Source: Bacteroidales bacterium (lineage in GTDB: Bacteria > Bacteroidota > Bacteroidia > Bacteroidales > UBA3663). Taken from it: a DNA stretch of 64,000 nucleotides. The position numbers and the translations under genes were made by a program. The notes below the pieces were generated by a model. It was not told the DNA's origin. It ran no database searches and saw only the letters and a list, made by a program, of their open reading frames with translations. Shown piece by piece: positions 21,403 through 32,898 of the stretch (its first letter is position 1; each line of letters begins with the position of its first letter). Where the stretch lies: positions 7,449 to 71,448 of the forward strand of contig JAZRXX010000084.1 in NCBI GenBank assembly GCA_045600485.1. The letters run 5' to 3'.

Positions 21403-23328
21403 ATGATATCAATAGAAAATCTATCGGTGGAGTTTGGTGTAAAGCCTCTCTTCACCGATGTTAATTATGTAATCAACCGTCACGACCGCATTGCTTTGGT
21501 CGGTAAGAACGGTGCCGGCAAGAGCACCATGCTCAAGATTATTGCTGGAATTCAGAATCCTACCAGTGGTCGTGTTGGCCGTCCGAAGGATTTGACCATC
21601 GGTTATCTGCCTCAGGTAATGGTATTGACAGATACCTTAACCGTGCGACAAGAGACCGAAAAAGCATTTTCAAACACCATACAGCTTGAACAGCACCTGA
21701 GCCATCTGAATCAGGAGTTGGCCGATCGTACCGATTACGAAAGTGAAGCTTATCAAGAGCTCATCGAAGAGATGACTGACTTGAACGAACAGCTAACCGT
21801 CATAAACAGCCAGAATCGTGATGCAGAAATAGAACGGACACTTTTGGGATTAGGCTTCGAACGAACCGATTTTGACCGTCCGACCTCAGAGTTTTCAGGA
21901 GGTTGGCGTATGCGAATTGAATTGGCAAAAATCCTGCTTCAACGTCCTGACGTTTTGCTCCTTGACGAGCCGACCAATCACCTTGACATTGAGTCCATAC
22001 AATGGTTGGAGAAGTTTCTGTCTGGTGGAAAAAGCACATTGCTCCTCATCAGCCACGACCGAGCTTTCCTCGACAACGTCACAACACGTACAATCGAAAT
22101 TACTTGTGGAACCATCCATGACTATAACGTATCTTATACCAAATACGTTACACTCCATGCTGAGCGCATTGAGCAACAACGCCGCGCCTACGAGAACCAG
22201 CAGAAGATGATACAAGAGACCAAAGATTTCATCGAGCGTTTCCGATATCAGGCAACCAAAGCGATTCAAGTGCAGAGCAGAATCAAGCAGTTGGAGAAAG
22301 TCGTTCCAATAGAAATAGACGAGGTGGACAATTCTCATTTGAATTTGAAGTTCCCTCCTGCTCCACGTTCCGGCGATTACCCAGTCATCTGCAACGATGT
22401 ACGCAAAGCCTACGATCGAGTCATATTCGATCATGTTGAATTGACCATCAAGCGAGGAGAAAAGGTCGCTTTTGTCGGACGAAATGGAGATGGCAAATCC
22501 ACACTCGTCAAATGTATTATGGGCCAGATTCCTTTTGATGGAGAACTGAAGATTGGTTATGGCGTTAAGATAGGTTATTTTGCACAGAATCAGGCACAGT
22601 TACTGGACGAAAACCTTTCGGTATTCGATACGATTGATCGCGTCGCTGTAGGCGATATCCGTACCCGAGTCAAAGATATTTTGGGTGCATTCATGTTTGG
22701 TGGAGAGGCATCTGAAAAACCTGTCAAGGTTCTTTCCGGTGGTGAACGTTCTCGTCTGGCCATGATCCGTCTGCTTCTCGAACCGGTAAACCTCTTGATT
22801 CTCGACGAGCCGACCAACCATCTGGATATTGCATCGAAGGATGTACTCAAGAAGGCAATTCAAGCATTTGATGGCACAGTGATTCTTGTTTCTCATGATC
22901 GAGACTTTCTTGATGGTTTGGTTAGCAAAGTCTATGAATTTGGGCATGGGAAAGTCCGCGAACACTTGGGTGGCATCTACGACTACCTTCAATCCAAGAA
23001 TATCGACTCGCTGCAGATGCTGGAGGTTAAAAACAAGCCTGCAGCTACACAGATCAAGAAAGAAGAATCTGCCAACGATGCAAAACTAAGCTTCGAAGAA
23101 CAAAAGGCGCTCAAGCAGCAACGAAACAAATTAGAAAAGCAGGTCAAGCAGGCCGAAGAACAGATTTCTAAAATTGAGGCAGAGATTGTTGCTCTCGAAA
23201 CCAAGATGGCAACACCGAAAGGCAGCCAGGACCAGAGCCTGTACATCAAACATGCTGAACTCAAAAAACAGCTGGATGAAACTACAGAAATGTGGATGAT
23301 TGCCTCGGAAGAGCTTGAGAAGTGCTAA
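21403..23328 (+). CDS. ABC-F family ATPase (translation-factor-type, no TM domain)
   Basis: It has two ABC cassettes (GKNGAGKST and GRNGDGKST) and a C-terminal coiled-coil tail. Confidence 0.9.
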   Translation: MISIENLSVEFGVKPLFTDVNYVINRHDRIALVGKNGAGKSTMLKIIAGIQNPTSGRVGRPKDLTIGYLPQVMVLTDTLTVRQETEKAFSNTIQLEQHLSHLNQELADRTDYESEAYQELIEEMTDLNEQLTVINSQNRDAEIERTLLGLGFERTDFDRPTSEFSGGWRMRIELAKILLQRPDVLLLDEPTNHLDIESIQWLEKFLSGGKSTLLLISHDRAFLDNVTTRTIEITCGTIHDYNVSYTKYVTLHAERIEQQRRAYENQQKMIQETKDFIERFRYQATKAIQVQSRIKQLEKVVPIEIDEVDNSHLNLKFPPAPRSGDYPVICNDVRKAYDRVIFDHVELTIKRGEKVAFVGRNGDGKSTLVKCIMGQIPFDGELKIGYGVKIGYFAQNQAQLLDENLSVFDTIDRVAVGDIRTRVKDILGAFMFGGEASEKPVKVLSGGERSRLAMIRLLLEPVNLLILDEPTNHLDIASKDVLKKAIQAFDGTVILVSHDRDFLDGLVSKVYEFGHGKVREHLGGIYDYLQSKNIDSLQMLEVKNKPAATQIKKEESANDAKLSFEEQKALKQQRNKLEKQVKQAEEQISKIEAEIVALETKMATPKGSQDQSLYIKHAELKKQLDETTEMWMIASEELEKC

Positions 23329-23418
23329 AAAAGAACTAAGATTGGGCCAAATAATCCAAATTTGCCGAAAAAATAAAAAAAAATCGCCCAAACTCTTGCA
23401 TATATCAAAAACTCTACA

Positions 23419-23426
23419 TACTTTTG
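23419..23426 (+). promoter_or_regulatory. Bacteroidetes-type -7 box TAnnTTTG (recQ)
   Basis: TACTTTTG, 19 nt upstream of ATG 23446. Confidence 0.5.
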
Positions 23427-23445
23427 CGTTAAGAAATCAAGATAT

Positions 23446-25638
23446 ATGGATAAAAACTTCTTGTTACAAAGTTTGAAGGAGCACTTCGGCTTCGATACAT
23501 TCAAAGGCAATCAGGAAGCCATCATCGAGAACTTGATGAATGGCAATGATACTTTTGTTTTGATGCCTACTGGTGGTGGTAAATCACTCTGCTACCAGTT
23601 GCCTTCTTTGCTGATGGAGGGCACTGCAGTCGTCATTTCTCCACTTATTGCTTTGATGAAGAATCAAGTGGATGCAATGCGTAACTTCAGTGAAGAGGAT
23701 GCTGTTGCCCATTTCATCAATTCATCGCTTACCAAAGCTGCAACCGATCAGGTTAAAGAGGATATTATCAAAGGGCACTGCAAGTTGCTCTACGTTGCAC
23801 CGGAATCTCTTACAAAACAAGAGAATATCGATTTTTTGCGTAACGTAAAAATCTCCTTCTTTGCGGTCGATGAGGCACATTGTATATCAGAATGGGGACA
23901 TGATTTCCGTCCTGAGTATCGTCGTATCCGTCCTATCATCAATGAAATCGGCGAACGTCCAGTCATTGCATTGACAGCAACGGCTACCGTCAAGGTACAG
24001 AATGACATTATGAAGAATCTTGGCATCAACAAAAAGGAAACCAAGATATTCAAGTCTTCATTCAACCGTCCAAACCTCTATTACGAAGTACGACCGAAGA
24101 CAGACAACATCAATCGAGAGGTCATCAAATACATCAAGCAACGTCCTGGCAAATCTGGTATTATTTATTGTCAGACGCGTAAGCGTGTTGAAGAGTTGGC
24201 TGAAGTTCTCAAAGCCAACCAGATCAAAGCACTTCCCTATCATGCTGGTATGGAACCACAGCAACGAAACGAAAATCAGGATGCGTTCCTGAAAGAAGAC
24301 GTTGATGTGATTGTTGCAACCATTGCCTTCGGCATGGGTATTGACAAACCGGATGTACGTTATGTGATCCACTATGACATGCCTAAGAGTCTCGAAGGAT
24401 ATTATCAGGAAACAGGACGTGCTGGTCGAGATGGTGGAGAAGGAGAATGTATTGCATTCTATAGTTATGCTGACTTGATTTACACCGAAGGTTTGATGAA
24501 AGGCAAACCTCTTGCAGAACAAGAGATTGGCAAACTTTTGCTGAAGGAAATACAAGCTTATGCCGAGACTTCAATGTGTCGTCGCAAAGCCTTGCTCCAT
24601 TACTTCGGCGAAGATTATAAAGAGGATGAATGCGGTAACTGCGATAACTGTCGCAAGCCCAAAAAGCATGTAGATGCCAAGGAACTTCTATGCGCTGTAA
24701 TTGAAACTGTTCTTGCGCTCAAAGAGAAGTTCATGCCTGAGTACGTAATTACAGTACTCATGGGTACCAAGACCGACGAAGTTGCGAGCTATGATCACGA
24801 TCAGTTGGAGTGTTTTGGTATGGGCAATGACGAAAAACCGTCTGTTTGGAATGCTGTTATTCATCAGGCCGTTGTGGCAAAATATCTGGTTCGTGACGTT
24901 GATACTCATGGTCAGTTGAAAGTTACAGCTGCTGGAAAACGATTCTTGAATAATCCAAAGGCATTCTCTATTGTCATGGAAATGGACGAAGAGGATCTCG
25001 ACGATGAAGAAGAAACCGAAATCAAAGGCAATGGAGCTTGCGCTGCTGCCGATGAAGCGCTCTTCAATATGCTCAAGGATTTGCGCAAGAAGACTGCTAA
25101 ACGTTTGGAATTGCCACCATACGTTATCTTCCAGGATCCATCGCTTGAAGCAATGGCTACTACCTATCCTATCACATTGGAAGAGTTGCAAAACATTCCT
25201 GGTGTAGGTGCAGGTAAAGCAAAACGATTCGGCGAAGAATTCTGCCAACTCATCAAGCGTCACGTTGAGGAGAATGAGATTGAACGTCCAGAAGATCTGC
25301 GCATACGTACAATCGCGAACAAATCGAAGATTAAAGTATCGATTATCCAGTCAATAGACCGAAAGATTGCACTCGATGATATTGCTCAGAACTTCAATAT
25401 GGATTTCTCTGATTTGCTCGATGAATTGGAAACCATCATTGCTTCAGGTACCAGCATTGATATCAATTACTTCTTGCAAGAAATCATGGACGAAGAGGCA
25501 ATCAACGACATCTTTGAGTTCTTTAAGGAGGAACAGGACAACACCATCGAGTCTGCTTACAAAGAATTCGGCAAAGAGTTCAAGGAAGAAGAAATTCGTC
25601 TGGTTCGTATTAAATTCCTAAGTGAAGTAGCAAACTAA
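23446..25638 (+). CDS. recQ: ATP-dependent DNA helicase RecQ
   Basis: It has Walker A MPTGGGKSLCYQ, a DEAH box (FFAVDEAHCISEWGHDFRPEY), a Zn-binding Cys cluster and a C-terminal HRDC-like region. Confidence 0.95.
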   Translation: MDKNFLLQSLKEHFGFDTFKGNQEAIIENLMNGNDTFVLMPTGGGKSLCYQLPSLLMEGTAVVISPLIALMKNQVDAMRNFSEEDAVAHFINSSLTKAATDQVKEDIIKGHCKLLYVAPESLTKQENIDFLRNVKISFFAVDEAHCISEWGHDFRPEYRRIRPIINEIGERPVIALTATATVKVQNDIMKNLGINKKETKIFKSSFNRPNLYYEVRPKTDNINREVIKYIKQRPGKSGIIYCQTRKRVEELAEVLKANQIKALPYHAGMEPQQRNENQDAFLKEDVDVIVATIAFGMGIDKPDVRYVIHYDMPKSLEGYYQETGRAGRDGGEGECIAFYSYADLIYTEGLMKGKPLAEQEIGKLLLKEIQAYAETSMCRRKALLHYFGEDYKEDECGNCDNCRKPKKHVDAKELLCAVIETVLALKEKFMPEYVITVLMGTKTDEVASYDHDQLECFGMGNDEKPSVWNAVIHQAVVAKYLVRDVDTHGQLKVTAAGKRFLNNPKAFSIVMEMDEEDLDDEEETEIKGNGACAAADEALFNMLKDLRKKTAKRLELPPYVIFQDPSLEAMATTYPITLEELQNIPGVGAGKAKRFGEEFCQLIKRHVEENEIERPEDLRIRTIANKSKIKVSIIQSIDRKIALDDIAQNFNMDFSDLLDELETIIASGTSIDINYFLQEIMDEEAINDIFEFFKEEQDNTIESAYKEFGKEFKEEEIRLVRIKFLSEVAN

Positions 25639-25648
25639 TATAATGTTC

Positions 25649-25703
25649 TGGATGTAGAATAATATATAGATAATTTGTTTTAAATATATATATTCTACAT
25701 CCA
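25649..25703. repeat. Perfect 12-bp inverted repeat between recQ and topA
   Basis: TGGATGTAGAAT (25649-60) and ATTCTACATCCA (25692-703), separated by a 31-nt AT-rich spacer. Confidence 0.85.
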
Positions 25704-25727
25704 ATGCAATAATACTAAAAATTTGTA

Positions 25728-28079
25728 ATGGCAAATAATCTGGTAATCGTCGAGTCTCCTGCCAAGGCAAAGACCATCGAGAAATTCCTAGGTTCTGACT
25801 ATAAAGTAACCTCAAGCTATGGTCACATTCGTGATCTCAAAAAGCATGATTTCAGTATAGATATCGAGAATAAGTTCCAGCCTATCTACGAGATTCCATC
25901 CGACAAGCAGCAATTAGTTGATGACTTGATGAAAGCTGCAAAAAAAGCAGATATGGTCTGGTTAGCATCCGATGAGGACCGTGAAGGAGAGGCTATCAGC
26001 TGGCATCTGTCGGAGGTCCTCAAGCTGAATCCAGAAAAGACACGTCGTATTGTCTTCCATGAGATTACAAAAGGCGCAATTCTTAATGCAATCAAGAGTC
26101 CACGTTCTATCGACCAAAACCTTGTCAATGCACAGACTGCCCGTCGTGTATTGGACCGTATTGTGGGCTTTGAACTTTCGCCTGTCCTTTGGCGCAAAGT
26201 TAAACCAGCTTTGTCTGCTGGCCGTGTGCAAAGTGTTGCGGTACGCCTTATCGTTGAGCGAGAGCGTGAGATTCAGAATTTCAAGAGCGAAGAGAGCTAT
26301 CGTATCACTGGTACTTTTGCTGCCAATGATGCAAACGGCGATGCAGTTTTGTTCAATGCGGAACTTAACCAGCGTTTCAAGAGCCAGCAAGAGGCTGAAA
26401 AGTTCATAAAGGAATTGACCAAGGCTCAATTTGAAGTAGGAGAAATCAATCAAAAGCCATTACGTCGTCAACCAGCTCCTCCATTCACCACCTCTACCCT
26501 TCAGCAGGAAGCTGCTCGAAAGCTTCATTTTAGCGTTTCTCAGACCATGAGCATTGCTCAACGTTTATATGAAGCTGGACAAATAACCTATATGCGTACC
26601 GATAGTGTCAATCTTTCAACACTATGTCTGGATGCTTCCAAGCAGCAGATTATCTCGACTATGGGTGACAAGTATCTTGAGTCTCGCAATTATACGACAC
26701 ACTCCAAAGGTGCACAGGAGGCTCACGAAGCCATCCGTCCTACCTACATGGATCAGATGATCATCGAAGGTGCAACTGTCGAAAAGCGTCTTTATGAATT
26801 GATTTGGAAGCGTACTATTGCCAGTCAGATGGCCGATGCTCAGATCGAAAAGACTACTGTCGAGATCAATATCAAGGGAGTATCTGAAGAGTATTCCAAT
26901 CTTCGCTTTGTCGCTTCGGGTGAAGTTATCAAGTTCGATGGCTTCCTCAAGGTTTATATGGAATCTAACGAAGAAGAAGAGGATGGTGACAATGAATATA
27001 GCACACGTCTGCCTAATCTCTCATCTGGTATAGAACTTCGTTTAGGTTCGGCAGAAGCAGTTCAGCGTTTCAGTCAGCACCCACGTCGATATACAGAAGC
27101 AAGTTTGGTTGAGAAGATGGAGGAACTTGGTATCGGACGTCCTTCCACCTACGCTCCTACCATCAGCACCATTCAGCAACGCGAATATGTAGAGAAGAGC
27201 GATCGTCCTGCCGAGAAGTGTAACATCGTTCACATGCGTCTTGACAGCAAGGGTAAGTTTTCGAAGTTCGAAGTCGAAGAGACCATCAACAACGATCGAG
27301 GCAAATTGGTTCCTACCGATATTGGTCTGGTTGTAAATGAATATCTTGAGGAGCATTTCCCAAAGATTATGAATTACGACTTTACTGCAACAGTTGAGGA
27401 GGATTTCGATAAGATTGCAGATGGCAAAATGGTTTGGACAGATTGTATGAGCGATTTCTACGATATGTTCCACCCTCTTGTCACAGAATCTATCGAAGAA
27501 CGAAAAGACCGCAAGGCTGGCGAACGAGTATTGGGTACCGATCCTAAAACCGGTTATACCATTTCGGTAAAGATCAGTCGATTTGGCCCAGTCGTGCAGA
27601 TTGGTTCTCAGAGCGAGACGGATCACCCACAGTTTGCTTCTCTCCAAAAAGGCATGAGTATCAATACCATTACACTCGATGAGGCATTGAAACTTTTCCA
27701 ATTACCTAAGACGTTAGGAGAATTCGAAGGAGCAACTGTCGTAGTTGGTGTTGGACGTTATGGTCCGTACATTCAAAACAACGGCAAATACATTTCTATA
27801 CCGAAGGGGACCAACCCATTAGATATGGAATTGGCAGATGCCATCAAATTGATTGAAGAGAAACGCTCTGAAGATGTCAAGAAGCTTCTGCGTACATTCG
27901 AAGAAGATCCAGAACTGCAATTGCTCAATGGTCGTTTTGGTCCTTATTTGTCCAAGAAGGGCAAAAATTATCGAATGCCACACAACCGTGATCTTGAAAC
28001 GATTACCTATGCAGAATGTCTTGCCATAATTGCCACCGCCGAGAAAGTGGCTGAAAAGAAGAAAAATTCAGGTAAATGA
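25728..28079 (+). CDS. topA: DNA topoisomerase I
   Basis: It has a Toprim N-terminus (LVIVESPAKAKTIEKFLG) and an active-site Tyr region (ITYMRTDS). 783 aa. Confidence 0.95.
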   Translation: MANNLVIVESPAKAKTIEKFLGSDYKVTSSYGHIRDLKKHDFSIDIENKFQPIYEIPSDKQQLVDDLMKAAKKADMVWLASDEDREGEAISWHLSEVLKLNPEKTRRIVFHEITKGAILNAIKSPRSIDQNLVNAQTARRVLDRIVGFELSPVLWRKVKPALSAGRVQSVAVRLIVEREREIQNFKSEESYRITGTFAANDANGDAVLFNAELNQRFKSQQEAEKFIKELTKAQFEVGEINQKPLRRQPAPPFTTSTLQQEAARKLHFSVSQTMSIAQRLYEAGQITYMRTDSVNLSTLCLDASKQQIISTMGDKYLESRNYTTHSKGAQEAHEAIRPTYMDQMIIEGATVEKRLYELIWKRTIASQMADAQIEKTTVEINIKGVSEEYSNLRFVASGEVIKFDGFLKVYMESNEEEEDGDNEYSTRLPNLSSGIELRLGSAEAVQRFSQHPRRYTEASLVEKMEELGIGRPSTYAPTISTIQQREYVEKSDRPAEKCNIVHMRLDSKGKFSKFEVEETINNDRGKLVPTDIGLVVNEYLEEHFPKIMNYDFTATVEEDFDKIADGKMVWTDCMSDFYDMFHPLVTESIEERKDRKAGERVLGTDPKTGYTISVKISRFGPVVQIGSQSETDHPQFASLQKGMSINTITLDEALKLFQLPKTLGEFEGATVVVGVGRYGPYIQNNGKYISIPKGTNPLDMELADAIKLIEEKRSEDVKKLLRTFEEDPELQLLNGRFGPYLSKKGKNYRMPHNRDLETITYAECLAIIATAEKVAEKKKNSGK

Positions 28080-29590
28080 AATTAACCCGGTTAGCCTATA
28101 ACCTCGCTTTCAAGCGTAGATATAAGCAAATACTTAAGTATCGCGACCATTCAACAGAGCTGCAAGAAAAGCAGCTCTGTTGGTTGCTGAATAAAGGGGT
28201 ACAAACCAGCTACTTCATTGAGAACGGTTACGGAGCCGATATCAAACAGTTGCCGGTTCGTACCTACGATCAACTTAAGCCTTATATCGAACGCATGCTA
28301 GATGGCGAAAAGAACGTGCTTTGGCCAGGTTTCTGCCGCTGGTTTGCTAAATCTTCGGGAACGACATCCGATAAATCCAAATATATACCAGTTACCAAAG
28401 AGGCTTTGCGCATGACTCACATGCGTGGCGGTACAGATGCAGTTGTCATCTATTTGGCACTCAATCCTGATTCTCAAATGATGAATGGGAAAGGCAAAGG
28501 ACTTATTCTTGGTGGATCTTTCGCTGACGAAAAGCATCCTAAAGGCATTAAAGTCGGCGACCTATCGGCTACATTGATCCAAAATGTCACTCCTTTCGTC
28601 AACCATATCCGTACACCACACAAGGAAATAGCACTGATGGGTGAATGGGAAGCCAAACTGAAAGCCCTCACGCAAGCCACCAAAGATGTCAATGTCACTA
28701 GTATTTCGGGGGTTCCATCGTGGATGATGGGAGTTCTCAAAGAGGTGCTTGCTGCCAAAGGAGCCAAAGATATTACCGAAGTCTGGCCCAATTTGGAGGT
28801 TTTCTTTCATGGTGGCATAGCCTTTACTCCCTATCGTGCCCAATACGAGAAACTGATACCGAGTTCCAAGATGCATTATCTGGAGACATACAATGCTTCT
28901 GAGGGTTTCTTTGGCATTCAGACGAAATGGGATGATTCTGCCCTGCAACTTGTCATCGACAATAAAATCTATTACGAATTTATTCCAATGGATCAGTTTG
29001 ATGAAAACGATCCAGAGTTGGGCAATAAATGTGTTCCGTTGAAGGACACTGAGCCTGGTGTAAATTATGCAATGGTCATCTCGACTCCCGGTCTTTGGCG
29101 ATACATTATTGGCGATACAATCAAGTTCACGCAAAAAGATCCCTACAAGTTCCTGATCACCGGTCGAACCAAAGCCTTTATCAATGCATTTGGTGAAGAG
29201 CTGATGGTTAGTAACGCCGACGATGCATTAGCTATGACCTGTCGTGATATGAATTGCGAAATCTCCGATTACACGGCAGCGCCCACATTCGCCGAAGGAA
29301 ACAAGAAAGGTCATCACACTTGGATCATTGAATTCAGCAAGTCTCCAACCGATATTGAAGCATTTGCAGATCTCTTGGACAACAACTTGCAGAAAGTCAA
29401 TTCCGACTATGAAGCCAAGCGTTACAAAGGTATCTTCCTCGACCGTCTGGAACTTATCTCTGCTCCTACTGGACTCTTCAACCAGTGGTTGCAACAGAAG
29501 AAAGGGAAATTAGGAGGACAAATAAAAATTCCAAGACTAAGTAATTCGCGCTCCTACATTGAGGAGTTGCTACAAATAATTAATCCATAA
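28076..29590 (+). CDS. GH3 (auxin-responsive promoter) family adenylating enzyme homologue
   Basis: The [18 protein letters not shown] motif and the 504-aa length are typical of bacterial GH3-family proteins. Its start overlaps the topA stop (ATGA). Confidence 0.8.
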   Translation: MKLTRLAYNLAFKRRYKQILKYRDHSTELQEKQLCWLLNKGVQTSYFIENGYGADIKQLPVRTYDQLKPYIERMLDGEKNVLWPGFCRWFAKSSGTTSDKSKYIPVTKEALRMTHMRGGTDAVVIYLALNPDSQMMNGKGKGLILGGSFADEKHPKGIKVGDLSATLIQNVTPFVNHIRTPHKEIALMGEWEAKLKALTQATKDVNVTSISGVPSWMMGVLKEVLAAKGAKDITEVWPNLEVFFHGGIAFTPYRAQYEKLIPSSKMHYLETYNASEGFFGIQTKWDDSALQLVIDNKIYYEFIPMDQFDENDPELGNKCVPLKDTEPGVNYAMVISTPGLWRYIIGDTIKFTQKDPYKFLITGRTKAFINAFGEELMVSNADDALAMTCRDMNCEISDYTAAPTFAEGNKKGHHTWIIEFSKSPTDIEAFADLLDNNLQKVNSDYEAKRYKGIFLDRLELISAPTGLFNQWLQQKKGKLGGQIKIPRLSNSRSYIEELLQIINP

Positions 29591-29600
29591 AAATATATCT

Positions 29601-31685
29601 ATGGCAGAAAATCAATTCAAACGCACGCTGGTCACAGCGGCTTTGCCTTACGCCAATGGTCCAGTTCATATCGGACACTTGGCTGGTGTTTATGTACCAG
29701 CAGACATCTATGTCCGCTATCTTCGTCTCAAGAAGCGTCCGGTACTCTTTGTTGGTGGTTCTGATGAACATGGCGTTCCGGTTACCATCCGTGCCCGCAA
29801 GGAGGGAATTACCGTTCAGGACGTTGTCGATCGTTATCACTATTTGATCAAGGATTCGTTCGAGAAGTTCGGCATTTCATTTGATGTATATAGCCGTACT
29901 ACCAGCGATATTCACCATAAATTCGCCTCCGATTTCTTCAAAAAGCTCTACGAAGAAGGAAAATTTGTAGAGCAGACCTCCGAGCAGTTCTATGATGAAG
30001 AGACCAAGGAGTTCCTCACCGACCGAAACATTCGTGGCGAGTGTCCACGTTGTCATGCTTTGGGAGCCTATGGAGATCAGTGCGAAAAGTGTGGTGCCAC
30101 CCTCTCGCCCGATGAGCTCATCAATCCATACAATGCCGTCAATGGAAATCCGTTGACCAAGAAAGCCACCAAGCACTGGTATCTTCCTTTGGACAAAGAC
30201 CAGCAATGGCTCGAGAAATGGATTCTTGACGATCATCAGGAATGGCGTCCTAATGTATATGGACAGTGCAAGAGCTGGTTGGATGGTGGTTTGAAGCCAC
30301 GTGCCGTAACCCGCGATCTCGATTGGGGCATTCCTGTACCTGTCGAAGGTGCAGACGGCAAGGTCCTCTATGTTTGGTTTGATGCTCCAATCGGTTATAT
30401 CTCCAACACCAAAGAATTGTGCGATGCACACCCTGAATTGGGTTCATGGGAGACCTGGTGGCAAGATCCAAGCAGCCGTCTGATTCACTTCATTGGTAAA
30501 GACAATATCGTCTTCCATTGTATCGTCTTCCCTGCTATGCTCAAAGCTCATGGTCAGTACAATCTGCCTGACAATGTGCCAAGCAACGAGTTCCTGAACC
30601 TTGAAGGCGACAAGATCTCCACCTCACGCAATTGGGCTATCTGGTTGAACGAATATCTTGTAGATATGCCTGGCAAACAGGATGTGTTGCGTTATGTTCT
30701 TACTGCCAATGCACCTGAAACCAAAGACAATGATTTCACCTGGAAGGATTATCAGGCACGCAACAACAACGAACTTGTAGCAATCTTTGGCAATTTCATC
30801 AACCGTGCGATGAAACTGACAGAGAAATACTTTGAAGGCAAAGTTCCAGCTTGTGGCGAACTCACAGAATATGACCTTCAGACCTTGGCAGACTTCAAGA
30901 ATGTGAAGCAGAACGTCGAAGAGTTGCTCGAAAACTTCAAGTTCCGCGATGCACAGAAGGAGGCTATGGAGTTGGCACGAATTGGCAATAAGTATCTCGC
31001 TGAGACCGAGCCTTGGAAGATTGCCAAGACCGACATGAACCGTGTTGCTACCATTTTGAACCTTTCGTTGCAGATTTCAGCCAATCTTGCCATTGCTTTC
31101 GAGCCATTCCTGCCATTCTCAGCAGCCAAGCTTCGTGAGATTCTGGGCATGGAAACCTTCGAGTGGGATAATCTTGGCCGTACAGACCTTCTTCAGGAGG
31201 GCCACAAATTGGGCGAAAGTGTTCTCCTCTTCGAAAAGATTGAAGACGATGTCATTCAGGCCCAATTGGACCGTTTGGATCGTATCAAGGCAGAGAACGA
31301 CAAGCTTGCTCTGGCCGAGGCCGAAAAGAACTGGCGTCCAGCACCAATTGCTGAAGAAGTTGCTTTCGAGCAGTTCGAGAAACTGGATCTTCGTACAGCA
31401 ACCGTTCTTGCCGTACAGCCAGTCAAGAAGTCTGACAAGCTCCTTCAGTTCACACTCGATGACGGCACAGGTGAACCTCGTACCATTCTCTCTGGCATTG
31501 CACAGAGTTATCCGGATCCATCTGTTCTTGTGGGCAAACAGGTTGTCTTTGTTGCCAACTTTGCACCTAAGGTTATGCGTGGTATCCCATCATGCGGCAT
31601 GATTCTTTCTGCAGTAAACTTTGATGGTTCATTGCATGTTGCAACTCTCGAAGACAAAGTAAAGAATGGCAGCAAGGTTTGCTGA
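29601..31685 (+). CDS. metG: Methionine--tRNA ligase
   Basis: It has the HIGH motif (PVHIGHLAG), a Zn knuckle (CPRCH...CEKCG), a KMSKS-like KISTSR, and a C-terminal EMAP/tRNA-binding domain. Confidence 0.95.
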   Translation: MAENQFKRTLVTAALPYANGPVHIGHLAGVYVPADIYVRYLRLKKRPVLFVGGSDEHGVPVTIRARKEGITVQDVVDRYHYLIKDSFEKFGISFDVYSRTTSDIHHKFASDFFKKLYEEGKFVEQTSEQFYDEETKEFLTDRNIRGECPRCHALGAYGDQCEKCGATLSPDELINPYNAVNGNPLTKKATKHWYLPLDKDQQWLEKWILDDHQEWRPNVYGQCKSWLDGGLKPRAVTRDLDWGIPVPVEGADGKVLYVWFDAPIGYISNTKELCDAHPELGSWETWWQDPSSRLIHFIGKDNIVFHCIVFPAMLKAHGQYNLPDNVPSNEFLNLEGDKISTSRNWAIWLNEYLVDMPGKQDVLRYVLTANAPETKDNDFTWKDYQARNNNELVAIFGNFINRAMKLTEKYFEGKVPACGELTEYDLQTLADFKNVKQNVEELLENFKFRDAQKEAMELARIGNKYLAETEPWKIAKTDMNRVATILNLSLQISANLAIAFEPFLPFSAAKLREILGMETFEWDNLGRTDLLQEGHKLGESVLLFEKIEDDVIQAQLDRLDRIKAENDKLALAEAEKNWRPAPIAEEVAFEQFEKLDLRTATVLAVQPVKKSDKLLQFTLDDGTGEPRTILSGIAQSYPDPSVLVGKQVVFVANFAPKVMRGIPSCGMILSAVNFDGSLHVATLEDKVKNGSKVC

Positions 31686-31725
31686 CAATGACAATAACGA
31701 AAGAATAGTCTTTAACGATACAGTT

Positions 31726-32268
31726 ATGTGTATGAATAGAGAGTTATTCATCACTTTCATGAAGATTGGCGGGTTCACCCTTGGTGGTGGGCCCGCCATG
31801 GTTCCTATGATGGAGAAGGAAGTGGTCGATAAACACAAATGGCTGACGAAGGAAGAATTTCTGGATATATATGCCGTTTCGCAGGCGACTCCCGGTATTT
31901 TTGCAGTCGATATGGCAAGCCACATCGGCTATAAATTAGGTGGAGTTCGCTCTGGAATCTGGGCCTCATTGGGAGTTGTTGCACCAAGCATCGTTATCAT
32001 TCTGGGCATAGCCATGGTGTTCTCACAATTCAAGGACAATATCTGGGTTGAAGCGTTCTTCAAGGGAGTTCGTCCTGCGGTTGTAGCACTATTGGCAGTA
32101 CCTATTTTCACAATGGCAAAATCGGCTAAAATCGGATGGGGCAATGTCTGGATTCCAATTGCATCCGCTCTGTTGATTTGGTTGTGTGGCGTCTCTCCTG
32201 CTTTTATTATTCTGATAGCAGGCGTGAGTGGTTATCTATATGGAAAGTTCAAGAACAAATCAAAATAA
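31726..32268 (+). CDS. Chromate transporter (CHR) family half-protein
   Basis: The LFITFMKIGGFTLGGGPAMVP motif is present. The start at ATG 31726 is chosen to avoid overlap with metG (the track start 31666 overlaps metG). Confidence 0.75.
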   Translation: MCMNRELFITFMKIGGFTLGGGPAMVPMMEKEVVDKHKWLTKEEFLDIYAVSQATPGIFAVDMASHIGYKLGGVRSGIWASLGVVAPSIVIILGIAMVFSQFKDNIWVEAFFKGVRPAVVALLAVPIFTMAKSAKIGWGNVWIPIASALLIWLCGVSPAFIILIAGVSGYLYGKFKNKSK

Positions 32269-32277
32269 GTTTGTATT

Positions 32278-32898
32278 ATGATTTTCATCAAACTGTTTCT
32301 GGTATTCTCACACATCGGACTCTTCAATTTCGGTGGCGGTTACGCTATGCTCTCCTTCATACAGCAAGAAGTAGTCCAGAAGCATGAATGGATGACCGAA
32401 TCGGAATTTACCGACATAGTAGCTATCTCTCAGAGCACCCCTGGACCAATTGGAATCAACTGTGCCACCTATGTCGGCTATACAGCCGTTATGAACGATC
32501 CGGAAATCCAGCAGAGTTTCCTTTATGAGGCAGGTTTCGGCCAAATCCTAGGTATATTGGGCAGTATCTTAGCTTCAGTCAGCGTATTGTGGCTTCCGTT
32601 CATAGTTATGATTCTGGTATCAAAGCTCATTCTCAGATACAAGAACTCGCCCATACTCAAAAGTATATTCATGACACTTCGTCCAGCCATCATTGGATTG
32701 CTTGCAAGTGCCTCCCTTGCTTTGATGAACGCTTCAAACTTCGGAACGCCGACAGAGAACCCCTATCAGTTCACCATCAGCGTTCTTATTTATGCAGCCG
32801 TCTTTGCCGGCATGTATTTCAAAAAACTGAATATCATCTACACCACACTTTCTTGTGGCTTGTTAGGCATCATCCTTTATGGATTCTGTGGTATCTGA
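32278..32898 (+). CDS. Chromate transporter (CHR) family half-protein
   Basis: It has FSHIGLFNFGGGYAML, the second half of the usual split CHR pair. Confidence 0.8.
   Translation: MIFIKLFLVFSHIGLFNFGGGYAMLSFIQQEVVQKHEWMTESEFTDIVAISQSTPGPIGINCATYVGYTAVMNDPEIQQSFLYEAGFGQILGILGSILASVSVLWLPFIVMILVSKLILRYKNSPILKSIFMTLRPAIIGLLASASLALMNASNFGTPTENPYQFTISVLIYAAVFAGMYFKKLNIIYTTLSCGLLGIILYGFCGI

Noticed and set aside
32877-32898. A 22-nt overlap of the convergent CHR-transporter and 594-aa genes.
   Set aside because: A convergent 3' overlap of this size is not rare, and it may simply reflect slightly mis-set ends. Nothing else is unusual here.
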